From contig CAVWUP010000018.1 in NCBI GenBank assembly GCA_963758155.1, forward strand, positions 173,026-237,025: a stretch of 64,000 nt of DNA, read 5' to 3'. A program made the translations under genes and the position numbers. Numbering within the stretch: position 1 is the first letter of the stretch; every line of letters starts with the position of its first letter. The notes under the pieces are model-generated. The model was not told the DNA's origin. It saw only the letters and a list, made by a program, of their open reading frames with translations, and searched no databases. Shown one piece after another: positions 25,857 to 35,335 of the stretch. Origin of the DNA: an uncultured delta proteobacterium (GTDB lineage: Bacteria > Myxococcota_A > Polyangia > Fen-1088).

Positions 25857-27251
25857 CTAGTCCGGCTGCTTGGAAATGATTGTGGGCGCGCCCAATTCGC
25901 TTTTGGGCGCACTGTGGTATTGCTGAAGGCGGTACTGAACGGTTCGCACGCTCATGCCGAGAATATCGGCCGCCCTCGTCGTGGAACCGCCGGTCGCCTC
26001 CAGGGTGGTCAGAATGGCGTGCCGTTCAATGTCTTCCATCTTGGACCCCGGGATGCGAATCGCGGCCCTCCCCACTGCTGCGGGTCCCACATTGGGCGGA
26101 AGTTCCGCGGCTGTCACGCGCGGCCCACTGGCAAGCACCACCGCGTGCGCGATGGCATTCTCCAATTCACGCACGTTTCCCGGCCATTCGTAGGCTGCCA
26201 GTCTCTGCAGAGCCTCGTCGGAGAACCCTTCCAATAATTTCTTCTCCTCGCCGGCATACTTGCGCAGAAAGTGCATCGCGAGAGCCAGGATGTCAGAAGG
26301 GCGCGCGCGCAAAGGCGGCAGATCCACGTTGACCACGTTGAGACGGTAGAAGAGGTCTTCGCGGAAACGGCCGCGGCCGACCTCTTCGCGCAAATCGTGG
26401 TTGCTGGCCGCGATCACGCGCACATCGACCCGGAGGGACTCTGTGCCACCCATGCGCTCGAAAGTCTGCTCCTGCAGAAAGCGCAGCAGTCTCACTTGCA
26501 AAGCAGGCGGAAGAGCCGAGATCTCGTCGAGAAACAGGGTGCCGCCGGCCGCTTGGCACAGCCGCCCTTCTCGGCGTCCCGCGCTGCCGGGCAGGGCGCC
26601 ACTTTCATGCCCGAACAGCTCACTCTCCAGAAGGGATTCGGCCAAAGTCGCACAGTGCAGCTTGACGAAGGGTTCCTTGGCGCGCGTGCTGTGTTCGTGA
26701 ATGGCGGCGGCGATCAGCTCCTTGCCTGTCCCGGGCTCGCCCGTGATCAACACGCTGGCCCTTGAGGCCGCCACTTGGGGTAGCACCTTGAACACATTCT
26801 GCATGGCGGGTGAGCTACCCACCAGATTGCTGAAGCTGTAGCGCTCGGCCAAGCGCGCGCGCAGCTGCCCGGCCTCGCGGTGAAGCCGCAGGCGATCCAT
26901 CTCGCGCGCGACAACCAGGGATAGCTCCGTGAGATCGAGCGGCTTGGTCAGGTAGTCGGCCGCGCCCTCCTTGAGCGCCGTGACTGCTGTCTCCACATCG
27001 GCAAACGCTGTGGTCACGATCACGGGCATGTCGTGCCCGCCGCTGCGCAGCTTGCGCAAAAGCTCCAGTCCGTCCATGCCCGGCATTTTCAGATCGGTGA
27101 GTACCAGATCCGGGACGAAGTCAGGCACTTTCCCCAGCCCCTTGAATGCGTCGGCTGCGGTCTCGACCATGTAGCCAGCCTCACGCAACGCTTCGGCCAG
27201 TGCGCCCCGGGCGTCCGCGTCGTCATCAACTACCAGTATTCTTCCCTTCAT
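25857..27251 (-). CDS. Sigma-54-dependent response regulator (NtrC family: REC + AAA+ + Fis HTH), GAFTGA loop variant
   Basis: 464 aa with REC (DDDADARG...LTDLKMPGMDG), a Walker A GEPGTGKE, ESELFGHE followed by GALPGS instead of GAFTGA, an R-finger region, and a C-terminal HTH. Confidence 0.8.
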   Translation of the reverse strand: MKGRILVVDDDADARGALAEALREAGYMVETAADAFKGLGKVPDFVPDLVLTDLKMPGMDGLELLRKLRSGGHDMPVIVTTAFADVETAVTALKEGAADYLTKPLDLTELSLVVAREMDRLRLHREAGQLRARLAERYSFSNLVGSSPAMQNVFKVLPQVAASRASVLITGEPGTGKELIAAAIHEHSTRAKEPFVKLHCATLAESLLESELFGHESGALPGSAGRREGRLCQAAGGTLFLDEISALPPALQVRLLRFLQEQTFERMGGTESLRVDVRVIAASNHDLREEVGRGRFREDLFYRLNVVNVDLPPLRARPSDILALAMHFLRKYAGEEKKLLEGFSDEALQRLAAYEWPGNVRELENAIAHAVVLASGPRVTAAELPPNVGPAAVGRAAIRIPGSKMEDIERHAILTTLEATGGSTTRAADILGMSVRTVQYRLQQYHSAPKSELGAPTIISKQPD

Positions 27252-27382
27252 GGCAGCTTAACTCTGCAACACTTGCGCCAGTTCCTCCAATCTCGCGAGC
27301 TCATGCGAACGCGGCGGGTCGAACTTCGCAAGCACGTTGCGAGGCGACCACAGGGGAACAAGGCTTGCATCATTTCCCCAGC

Positions 27383-28807
27383 ATGACGGGCGGTTTGTGG
27401 GATCTGATTTCGACACAAGGTATCCGAAGCAGCGCTGACTCGGAAAAGGTGACGCAAGCCGATCTCCCCTGCCGAGAAGGCCCGGCTGCAGCTGACGCGC
27501 GGCCGACCAACGGGAATGGCGAATCGGTCCCAGTGTTGACCCGCGAGGCGGCGGGCCGGTTCGAATATGTGAGCCGAATTGGGGCGGGCGGCATGGGGGC
27601 GGTTCATTGTGTGCGCGACAAGAATCTGCGGCGCGAGGTGGCCATCAAGGTCCTGGCTCCCTCGCTGGCCGATGACCCCAAGTACGTTAGGCGCTTTCTC
27701 GCGGAGGCGCAGATCCAGGCGCAGCTCGATCATCCCAACATCGCGCCCGTGCATGATTTGACCCTGGATCACGAGGGAACCAAGTACTTCACCATGCGCC
27801 TCCTGCATGGCCGAACCCTGGGCGACTGGATCGCGGCTGCCTACGATTCGCCGACGCCGGCGGAAACCATGCACGAGATGCTGGGAGCTTTTCTCAAAGT
27901 CTGCGACGCGGTTGCTTTTGCTCACAGCCGGGGCGTGCTTCATCTGGATATCAAGCCCGAGAACATAATCATGGAGGATTTCGGCACCGTGTATCTGATG
28001 GACTGGGGGTTGTCGCGTTTGAGCGCGCGCGATGCCGAACGGACAGACCCTGTGGTTCTGTCTCCCGAGGCTGCGGGCGGAGTTTTCACCGGGGTGGTGG
28101 GATCCCCCTCGTACATGGCACCCGAGCAGGCCGACGGCTCAGAGGGCCTATTCAGCGAGCGAACCGATGTCTTCGGGTTGGGCGCGGTCTTGTACGCGAT
28201 CCTGGCGGGCCGGCCGCTGTACCATGCGGATTCGATCGACGACGTGATCGAGCAAGCGCGCGCAGGCGACATTCCGTCTTTGCCCGATGCCCACCGAGGC
28301 GTCCCACTGCCTGCCAGCATTTGCCAGATCGCGCGCAAGGCCTTGGCGTTTGATCCGCGGGATCGCTATCAGAGCGTGCTCGATCTCAAGCGTGACGTCG
28401 AAGGATTCTTGCAGGGAATTGCATTTCCGTTGGAAACCTTCGCGCCTGGAGAGCGCATCGTGACTGAAGGCGAGATCGGACAGAGCGCCTTTGTCATCGT
28501 GAAGGGAACTTGCGTGGCATACACCGCAAGCGATGGGAAGCGCGTTGCGGAGAGCCAACTGGGGATCGGCGCGGTTTTTGGCGAAGAAACGGTCTTTCGG
28601 CCAGGTCCTCGCAGAGCCACGGTCAAGGCAGTGACTGATGTCTCGGTGCGTTTGGTCACACGCAAGATGCTGGACGAGGGAATGGGGCGGGATTCGTGGT
28701 TTGGGGCCTTTGTGGTTGCGCTGGCCGACCGACTGGCTCAAGCAGAGGCTCGATCGACCGACGCTCCAGATTCGGACGACCGGCCAGCGACGGTGGAAAC
28801 GGCCTAG
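27383..28807 (+). CDS. Ser/Thr protein kinase with C-terminal cyclic-nucleotide-binding (CAP-effector) domain
   Basis: Hanks kinase (G-loop IGAGGMGAV, VAIK, HLDIKPEN, DWG, SPxYMAPE) followed by a cNMP-binding domain (FAPGERIVTEGEIGQSAFVIVKG...GEE...RRATV). Start at ATG 27383. The ORF-track start at 27146 overlaps the divergent gene. Confidence 0.75.
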   Translation: MTGGLWDLISTQGIRSSADSEKVTQADLPCREGPAAADARPTNGNGESVPVLTREAAGRFEYVSRIGAGGMGAVHCVRDKNLRREVAIKVLAPSLADDPKYVRRFLAEAQIQAQLDHPNIAPVHDLTLDHEGTKYFTMRLLHGRTLGDWIAAAYDSPTPAETMHEMLGAFLKVCDAVAFAHSRGVLHLDIKPENIIMEDFGTVYLMDWGLSRLSARDAERTDPVVLSPEAAGGVFTGVVGSPSYMAPEQADGSEGLFSERTDVFGLGAVLYAILAGRPLYHADSIDDVIEQARAGDIPSLPDAHRGVPLPASICQIARKALAFDPRDRYQSVLDLKRDVEGFLQGIAFPLETFAPGERIVTEGEIGQSAFVIVKGTCVAYTASDGKRVAESQLGIGAVFGEETVFRPGPRRATVKAVTDVSVRLVTRKMLDEGMGRDSWFGAFVVALADRLAQAEARSTDAPDSDDRPATVETA

Positions 28808-29022
28808 TCACGGCCAGGATTCTCAAACGCCTGTGGACTTCCCGCCGCGTCCTGATATCGTTTATGCAGTCCTTTTCACGTCGTTTCCGTTCTGCCACGG
28901 TCTTCCATCCGGTGAGCCAGGGCGTTCCGGCTAGCGAGGCGCATAGGGACAATGGCCCGGTTACCAGGGCAAAGCGCGTGGACCGCGGAACCGTCCACTG
29001 ACAGAAGAACGAGGAGAACGAC

Positions 29023-29373
29023 ATGGCGAAGAGGCTGTACGTAGGCAATCTGGCCTACAGCGTGACCGAAGCGGATCTGCGCGAGGTCTTTACTGAGGCG
29101 GGCAATGTGGCCGACGTGAAGGTTGTGCTGGACCGCGAGAGCGGGCGACCGCGCGGCTTTGCGTTCGTCGAGATGTCGACTGACGACGAAGCGGCCAAGG
29201 CCATGCAGACACTGAATGGTCGCGAGATCCAAGGGCGCGCAATCAGCGTCAGCGAGGCACGTGAACGTACTGGTGGCGGTGGCGGCGGTGGCGGGGGCGG
29301 TCGCGGCCATGGTCGCGGTGGTTTTGGCGGCGGCGGTGGTGGCGGTCGCGAGCGTTCGGGCGGTCGCTGGTAG
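29023..29373 (+). CDS. Glycine-rich RRM-type RNA-binding protein (paralog 1)
   Basis: RNP1/RNP2 motifs (LYVGNL, RGFAFVEM) and a poly-Gly/Arg C-terminal tail. Shine-Dalgarno GAGGAG. Confidence 0.8.
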   Translation: MAKRLYVGNLAYSVTEADLREVFTEAGNVADVKVVLDRESGRPRGFAFVEMSTDDEAAKAMQTLNGREIQGRAISVSEARERTGGGGGGGGGGRGHGRGGFGGGGGGGRERSGGRW

Positions 29374-29394
29374 CTCCGGCTCGCGAGCCTGAGC
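29373..29394 (+). terminator. Stem-loop after rbp1 (GCTCCGGCTCGCGAGCCTGAGC), with no clear U-tract
   Basis: Near-perfect 22-nt palindrome that overlaps the rbp1 stop codon. Confidence 0.3.
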
Positions 29395-29622
29395 CCATCC
29401 TTCTTGCTTGCTGGAGCGGAAACGCGCCCGCAAGATTGGGGTGGGATCTGCCGGGACGCCCTGGACCGATCCGTTCTTCCTCGTCTTTCACACTTTGCGT
29501 GGTAGTGTGAATTTGTCCTTTCCACGTCGTCTTCCCTCCCCGCCCGGGGCGGTGACCTTTCGGTCAGTTTCCAGGGCAGTCAAGGCAGCCGAAGCGCTCA
29601 GGACTGAACGGAAGGAACACAC

Positions 29623-29928
29623 ATGGCACGTGTCACGGTTGAGGACTGTATTCAGGCAGTGGGCAATCACTTCGCTCTGGCTGTGCTGGGCGCCCAACGC
29701 GCTCGCGCACTGGCCAAGGGTGCGATTCCGTTAGTCCAGTGCGACAACAACCCCGGCGTGACCGCTCTGCGCGAGATCGCCGCCGGCAAGGTTTCCTTTC
29801 ACGAGGAACTGGACCACGTGCTGCACCTGCACGCCGAGGGCGTCAAGGTTCTCGACGGCACCCGTAAGCGACGGCGGAGCGGAGACGGCTCGTTTCCCGC
29901 CAGCGCGTCAGCCGAGCGCAAGCGGTAG
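29623..29928 (+). CDS. rpoZ: RNA polymerase omega subunit
   Basis: [30 protein letters not shown] matches the RpoZ N-terminal helix. 101 aa with a basic C-terminal extension. Confidence 0.8.
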   Translation: MARVTVEDCIQAVGNHFALAVLGAQRARALAKGAIPLVQCDNNPGVTALREIAAGKVSFHEELDHVLHLHAEGVKVLDGTRKRRRSGDGSFPASASAERKR

Positions 29929-30079
29929 CCTCGGCCTATCAACCGAACAATTGTGGCCGCCCGCAACGATATTGATGGCATTTGGCCGATCTCTGGGCTA
30001 TGCACATCGGTCGGCTCGCTTGAACACCGGGCTGTGCGTTGGGATTTGACCCGCGCAAAAACGAACAAGGAGCCGCGAT

Positions 30080-30397
30080 ATGGGTAAGAGACTGTACGTT
30101 GGGAATTTGTCTTTCTCGATCACTGAGGCTGATCTTCGTGAGGCCTTCAAGGCCGAAGGTCACGATGTGTCCGAGGTGAAGTTGGTCACGGATCGGGAAA
30201 CCGGCAGGCCGCGTGGCTTTGCCTTTGTGGAAATGGCTACGGACGAAGGGGCGGCCCACGCCATTGGCAGCCTCAACGGCCGCGACCTGCAGGGTCGCAC
30301 GATCACTGTCAGCGAGGCGCGCGAGCGCACGGGTGGCGGCGGTGGTGGCGGTGGTGGTGGACGCGGCGGGCGTGGCGGCGGCGGCGGTCGCTGGTAA
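30080..30397 (+). CDS. Glycine-rich RRM-type RNA-binding protein (paralog 2)
   Basis: The RRM region is about 75% identical to paralog 1 and has the same Gly-rich tail. Confidence 0.8.
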   Translation: MGKRLYVGNLSFSITEADLREAFKAEGHDVSEVKLVTDRETGRPRGFAFVEMATDEGAAHAIGSLNGRDLQGRTITVSEARERTGGGGGGGGGGRGGRGGGGGRW

Positions 30398-30427
30398 GCG
30401 GGTCGCACACAAACACCAGATCGAGAA

Positions 30428-30465
30428 GGCTATTCCGCCGCCCAGCGTGGGATAGCCTTTTTTTT
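30428..30465 (+). terminator. Rho-independent terminator
   Basis: GGCTATTCC-GCCGCCCAGCGT-GGGATAGCC hairpin followed by T8, located 30 nt after the rbp2 stop. Confidence 0.7.
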
Positions 30466-30705
30466 GGCCAGAGCAGTTCGGCCAGCGTGAGCGATAGCGG
30501 TAGCGACCGGCGTGTGAGCAGGTCAAGACGTCGGCGACACTTTCGTGCCAAGACATCGGTGACACATTTGTGTTGGTGGAATTACAATTTTGGGTGGTTC
30601 TCGATGCGGCGATTGGCGAAGCCGTCCTGTCAGCGCTGCCCACGCAACCCGCGGGCCGCGACCCGGCTTCTTGCCCGGCGGACCCGAAACTCCCGAAAGG
30701 TACAG

Positions 30706-32937
30706 CTACTTCCCCAGTTTGGCCTGCGCGCGCGCGATGCGGGCCTTCACGCCCTCATCGTGGGGCGACAGGGTTTGGGCGCGCCGATAGGATGCGAGGG
30801 CCTCATCGTAGCGCAGCAGCTTGAAGTAGGCGTCGCCTAGGATGACTTGGTAGCGGGGCGTCTTGGGGCGAAAGGCAACCGCCCGTCGGGCGTAGTCCAA
30901 GGCATCCACATAACGGGCGCGTTCAAAGGCCACCTCGGCCAATCCGGCGACCGCCTCGGGATTGGCAGGGTCAGCGCGAACCGCGCGGTCGAAGGCGTCC
31001 TGGGCACGATCCAGGTTGCCTTGCGCCAGGGCCTCCCGTCCTTCGCTGGCGGTGCGCGAGGCTCGAACGTGGTCGCGGGAGGACTCCTCGGGTGTCTCCG
31101 TACCGCCCTTCTTGTGTGCTAGTTTGGCCGACTCAGGGGTGTCCTCAGACGCTTCGGTCTCTGTGGTAGCGGCGCTCTTCGCCCGTTCCTGCGCGACGAG
31201 ATCCTTGGGATCGAGTTCGGAGACCACCTGATAGTAGGGTCGGGCCTCGGCCCGTTTGCCGCTGTCCCAGCGCTCCTGCGCACGCTTGCGAAACTCGTCC
31301 GACAGACGCGCAATCTGGGTTCCTTGCTTGTCCACTTCCAGCAGCTTGGCCAGGTGGGTGCGGGCCGCGGTGAAATGGCCGCTGATCATCGCTGCGAAGA
31401 GGTTCGCGGCGGCGCTGCGCACCGGGTCTTCGTGCGGCGCTTTCTGTGCCGAGCCCTGTGTCTCTTCTCCCGCACGGTGGGAATCCGCGGCTGGCGCCAC
31501 GCGCGCGCGCAGCTCGGCGTCGCCGGGAAGGAAGCGCAGGGCTTCGCGAAAACGAAGTTCCGCCAGGTCGGAAAGACCCGCTTCGAGCAGGGAATTGCCC
31601 AGACTGCGGAACTGGTTGCCATAGATGCGGCGCAAGGAAATGGCGCCCTTCGAGCTCGTGCCCAGGCGATGCGCCTCATGCTCCGCCCCTTCGATGTTGC
31701 GCAGAGCGGAGGCTTCGACCGGCTGGAAGTAATGTTCGGCCTCAGCGGCCGCCGCGGCCTTGCGCAGGAAGGGCGCCACCGTTTCCGCCTCGTCGGTCTT
31801 GGTGATCTCCACAAACACCGGCGTGTACGCGATGATCTCCTTGGGACGCCGCAGACCAAAGTACAGCGCCGCGCCCAATCCCAGGACAGCCACCAAACCA
31901 AGAACCAAGGCCAGTCGGCGCAGCCGGCGGGAGCGCGGAGACGGCATATGGTCGGCCAATTTCTTCCGCCAGGCTTCGTCTACATCGGGCAGTTCCAGGT
32001 CGTCCCATTCTGTCTGCACATGCGCCGCGATCTGCGCATCGCAGAGCATGGCCTCGACCACCGCCATGGTCTGGGGCCGCCCCGCTGGATTCTTTTCCAA
32101 CATCTGCAACACCAGCGTGTCCAGCTCCGCCGGAATCTTGGCCTCGGGCGCGCGCTGCCGCAGGGGCTGGGGCTTTTGCGTGAGGTGGTTGGCCACCGTG
32201 GTCATCACGTCCTTGTCCCAGAACGGGCAGACGCCGGTCAGCATTTCGTAGGCCATGGCCCCGAGCGAATAGACGTCGCTGCGGTGGTCGTAGGGCTTGC
32301 CACGGATGCGCTCGGGGGCCAGATAGTCAGGCGTGCCGACCACCTTCTCCTCGGGGGCTTTGCCCTCGGGGGCAGGCTCGGCGCTGACCAGGCCGGCGAT
32401 ACCGAAATCCACGACCTTGACCATGTCGCGCCGGCGGTCCCTGGCCGCCAGCATGATGTTGTCAGGCTTCACGTCCAGGTGAACGATGCCCTTGTCGTGG
32501 GCCGCCCCCAGCGCTTTGCACACCTGGCGCAGGATCGCGATGCTCCGCTCGATCCCGATGCGCTGGTGTTGCTCGATCTCGAGGCGCAGGCTGGGCCCAT
32601 CGATGTACTCCATCACGAAGAAGACTTGGCCGTCCGGCAACTCGCCGAAATCGGTGACATCACAGATGTTGGGATTGCCGATCTTCGAGGCCGCGCGGGC
32701 TTCTTGACGGAAACGTTCGATGGCCTTGGGGTCGCGCGCGCTGGCCGCGTGCAACGTCTTGAGCGCCACGCGCTTTTCCAGGTCCACATGTTCGGCCAGA
32801 TAGACCGCGCCCATGGCACCCGCGCCCACCCGGGTAACAATGCGATAGCGCGTGTTTGGGATTATCTCGCCCGGCGGCAGCATGGGTTGCATGCTGCCCG
32901 TGTTGGTGCGATTGCGTTGTGTGGAGGGTCGTTCCAC
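30706..32937 (-). CDS. Ser/Thr protein kinase with TM segment and C-terminal TPR repeats
   Basis: 743 aa with kinase motifs (VGAGAMGAVY, VALK, HLDVKPDN, VDFGIA), a TM helix ALVLGLVAVLGLGAALYF, and a C-terminal TPR region. Confidence 0.8.
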   Translation of the reverse strand: MERPSTQRNRTNTGSMQPMLPPGEIIPNTRYRIVTRVGAGAMGAVYLAEHVDLEKRVALKTLHAASARDPKAIERFRQEARAASKIGNPNICDVTDFGELPDGQVFFVMEYIDGPSLRLEIEQHQRIGIERSIAILRQVCKALGAAHDKGIVHLDVKPDNIMLAARDRRRDMVKVVDFGIAGLVSAEPAPEGKAPEEKVVGTPDYLAPERIRGKPYDHRSDVYSLGAMAYEMLTGVCPFWDKDVMTTVANHLTQKPQPLRQRAPEAKIPAELDTLVLQMLEKNPAGRPQTMAVVEAMLCDAQIAAHVQTEWDDLELPDVDEAWRKKLADHMPSPRSRRLRRLALVLGLVAVLGLGAALYFGLRRPKEIIAYTPVFVEITKTDEAETVAPFLRKAAAAAEAEHYFQPVEASALRNIEGAEHEAHRLGTSSKGAISLRRIYGNQFRSLGNSLLEAGLSDLAELRFREALRFLPGDAELRARVAPAADSHRAGEETQGSAQKAPHEDPVRSAAANLFAAMISGHFTAARTHLAKLLEVDKQGTQIARLSDEFRKRAQERWDSGKRAEARPYYQVVSELDPKDLVAQERAKSAATTETEASEDTPESAKLAHKKGGTETPEESSRDHVRASRTASEGREALAQGNLDRAQDAFDRAVRADPANPEAVAGLAEVAFERARYVDALDYARRAVAFRPKTPRYQVILGDAYFKLLRYDEALASYRRAQTLSPHDEGVKARIARAQAKLGK

Positions 32938-33025
32938 GTAGCCTCCCAGTCATCGAAGTGGCGGATATACCGCCAGCCCGGGTCCATGGTATCACGCCGC
33001 CCCGACTTCGATGTAACCTGCCCCG

Positions 33026-33772
33026 GTGAAAAGCCGCGAATCACGCCAGAAGATCCTACTCGCCGTCTTGCTGCTGCTCCCGTCGGCAGCGGCCTATGTG
33101 CTCCACTGGGCCATCTTCCGCAACGCCCACGACATTTTCTTCTACCTGCTGATGGACGTCGCTTTCCTGTTCGTGCAGGCGGTGATGGCCACTCTGGTCT
33201 TCGATCAGCTGCTCAACGCGCGTGAGCGCCAGGCGAATCGCAGGAAGCTCAACGTGGCGGTCGGTGTCTTCTTCAGTCAGGTCGGAAACCCGCTGCTGCG
33301 AGTGCTCTCTGCTTTCGACAGCCGTGGGGAAGACATTTGCAAACACCTCAGAATCGACGGCGCCTGGACCGAGGCGCACTTCGCGAAAATGCAGACCGTG
33401 TTGCGCGGCCACGAACCAGCGATCGACGCAGGCCGAGGCGATCTGGCGCTGTTGAAGATCACGCTTGAACGGCAGCGCGACTTTCTGTTGCGCTTACTTG
33501 AAAATCCCAACCTGCTTGAACACGAGACCTTGACGGAGATGCTGTGGTCGGTGTTCCACCTGGCTGACGAGCTGTCGCATCGGCCGAGCGTGCTCAGCCT
33601 GCCCAGTGCGGATCGCATCCACCTGGAGAACGACATCAAGCGCGCCTACGACTGGCTGGTCAGGGAATGGCTGCGACACATGCAGCATCTGCGCGCCACC
33701 TACCCCTACCTCTTCTCGCTCGCCGTGCGGACCAATCCGTTCGACCCGGATGCGAGGGTGGAAGTCTCGTAG
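33026..33772 (+). CDS. Hypothetical membrane protein (2 N-terminal TM helices plus cytoplasmic helical domain)
   Basis: 248 aa with a GTG start. No recognisable family. Confidence 0.35.
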   Translation: MKSRESRQKILLAVLLLLPSAAAYVLHWAIFRNAHDIFFYLLMDVAFLFVQAVMATLVFDQLLNARERQANRRKLNVAVGVFFSQVGNPLLRVLSAFDSRGEDICKHLRIDGAWTEAHFAKMQTVLRGHEPAIDAGRGDLALLKITLERQRDFLLRLLENPNLLEHETLTEMLWSVFHLADELSHRPSVLSLPSADRIHLENDIKRAYDWLVREWLRHMQHLRATYPYLFSLAVRTNPFDPDARVEVS

Positions 33773-33823
33773 ATCAGAAAACTTGGTGCCTCGGTGCTTT
33801 CGCTTTATCCTACATCTATCTAC

Positions 33824-34318
33824 ATGGCACGACATAGCCTTACAGAGTCGTGTTCCGCAACGGCAGCCGAGAACCCGGCGCGTCCCAAGCGCGCCGGGCA
33901 ATCACTCCTTCTTCGCCCCATGGCGCGTGCCCTGCGCATCGCCATGTTCGAACGCGAGGTGCGCGAGCGCCTGTCGCGCGCGGCGCTCGACGCCATTCTG
34001 GACCGAGCCGAGGTGATCTCCGAGGGACAGCGGGCGGAACGCAGTGGCAAGGATTCCTACCTCGGGTCGACCATGGTGACCGTCGACCTGGACAGCATGC
34101 AGGCCGTGCTGCGCGAGCACGGCGACGCCGGCACAGCGCAACGCCTGGCCGCGCTTCTGCGTGCTGACCTCACCATCAAGGCGCGCATGGATGCCCTCGC
34201 CTGCCGCGAGGTCTTGCGCGTGACCAATACGCGACCCAAAGGTGTGCGCACCGAAATCCAGATTCGCGCGCAGGGATCGCGCGTGTTCATCGACGCTGAC
34301 GTGGAGGCGAGTTTCTGA
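33824..34318 (+). CDS. Hypothetical protein
   Basis: ORF 33794-34318. The first ATG is at 33824. Its stop overlaps the start of the downstream MerR/TPR gene (TGATG). Confidence 0.35.
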   Translation: MARHSLTESCSATAAENPARPKRAGQSLLLRPMARALRIAMFEREVRERLSRAALDAILDRAEVISEGQRAERSGKDSYLGSTMVTVDLDSMQAVLREHGDAGTAQRLAALLRADLTIKARMDALACREVLRVTNTRPKGVRTEIQIRAQGSRVFIDADVEASF

Positions 34319-35238
34319 TGGCCAGCGCAGTCGAGCAGGAATACACCTTCGCCACGGTTTCGCGCATTCTCGGCGTGCCCGAGCCCAAGCTGCGCTACTG
34401 GTCGCAGTCTGGCTTCGTGGGCCCGTCGCGACGGCACGGGGCGCGCCAGACCTTCACTTTTCAGGATCTGGTGGCGGTGCGCGCGGCCAAGGAACTGGTC
34501 GAGCGCGGCTTCTCGCCCGGGCAGATCCGCAAGGCCCTGGATGCCGTTCGCGCCGCGCTTCCGACGGTGAAGCGGCCGCTGGAGCGCCTGCGCGTCGCCT
34601 GGGATGGGAATACCTTGGCGCTTGTCGCCGACGGCGCGGCCTTTGAGGTCACCGGCCAGCGCCTATTCGACTTCGGCCTGGGCGATTTGGCGGCCCGCGC
34701 AGCCTCGGTGGCAGCGTTGCCCACGCCGCGACCCACGCTGACCAATCCCGACAAAATCGAGCGGTCGGCGTATCAATGGTTCACCTTCGCACTGGCGCAA
34801 GAAGCGAACGGCAAGACCGACGAGGCCGTGGCAGGCTACCGCCAAGCCCTGGCGGCTGATCCTGGGCTGGCTGCGGCTCACACCAATTTGGGCGCGCTGG
34901 CCTACAACGCGGGCGATGCCGGGGCAGCGCGCGCTTCCTTTGAAGCGGCTCTGGCCCTCGATCCCGACCAGACCGAAGCGCGCTACGACTTGGCCCGCAT
35001 CCTTCACGAGCTGGGCGAAGTCGAGCTGGCGGCATCCGAACTGCGACGGGTCGTGCAGACAGCCCCTGATTTCGCCGACGCGCACTACAACCTGGCCACA
35101 GCCCTTGAAAGCCTGGGTAGTCAGCGTCAGGCGGTGGAGCACCTGCGTCGCTATATGGCATTGGCGGCCGACGGCGGCGAGGAACTTGTGCCCTGGGTGG
35201 AAGAGGCACTCGCTCGGCTGGAACGACTCCAGGCTTGA
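34318..35238 (+). CDS. MerR-family HTH domain fused to C-terminal TPR repeats
   Basis: N-terminal YTFATVSRILGVPEPKLRYWSQSGFV...FQDLVAVRAAKEL is a MerR-type HTH. It is followed by about 4 TPR-like repeats. Confidence 0.6.
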   Translation: MASAVEQEYTFATVSRILGVPEPKLRYWSQSGFVGPSRRHGARQTFTFQDLVAVRAAKELVERGFSPGQIRKALDAVRAALPTVKRPLERLRVAWDGNTLALVADGAAFEVTGQRLFDFGLGDLAARAASVAALPTPRPTLTNPDKIERSAYQWFTFALAQEANGKTDEAVAGYRQALAADPGLAAAHTNLGALAYNAGDAGAARASFEAALALDPDQTEARYDLARILHELGEVELAASELRRVVQTAPDFADAHYNLATALESLGSQRQAVEHLRRYMALAADGGEELVPWVEEALARLERLQA

Positions 35239-35335
35239 GCGCGGCTGGCGGGCTGCCGATGTAAAGAGGGTCATAACTGACCAAAAGCCCAGAAAATTGC
35301 TCTCTTCCTCAGCAGTCGTCATAGTTGAAAATCCC

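Noticed and set aside
27346-27369. Possible sigma-54 promoter GGGAAC-N5-TTGCA upstream of the kinase gene
   Set aside because: Correct GG-N10-GC spacing and a perfect -12, but there are two mismatches in the -24 hexamer. The predicted TSS would fall at the ATG itself. It is too weak to call.
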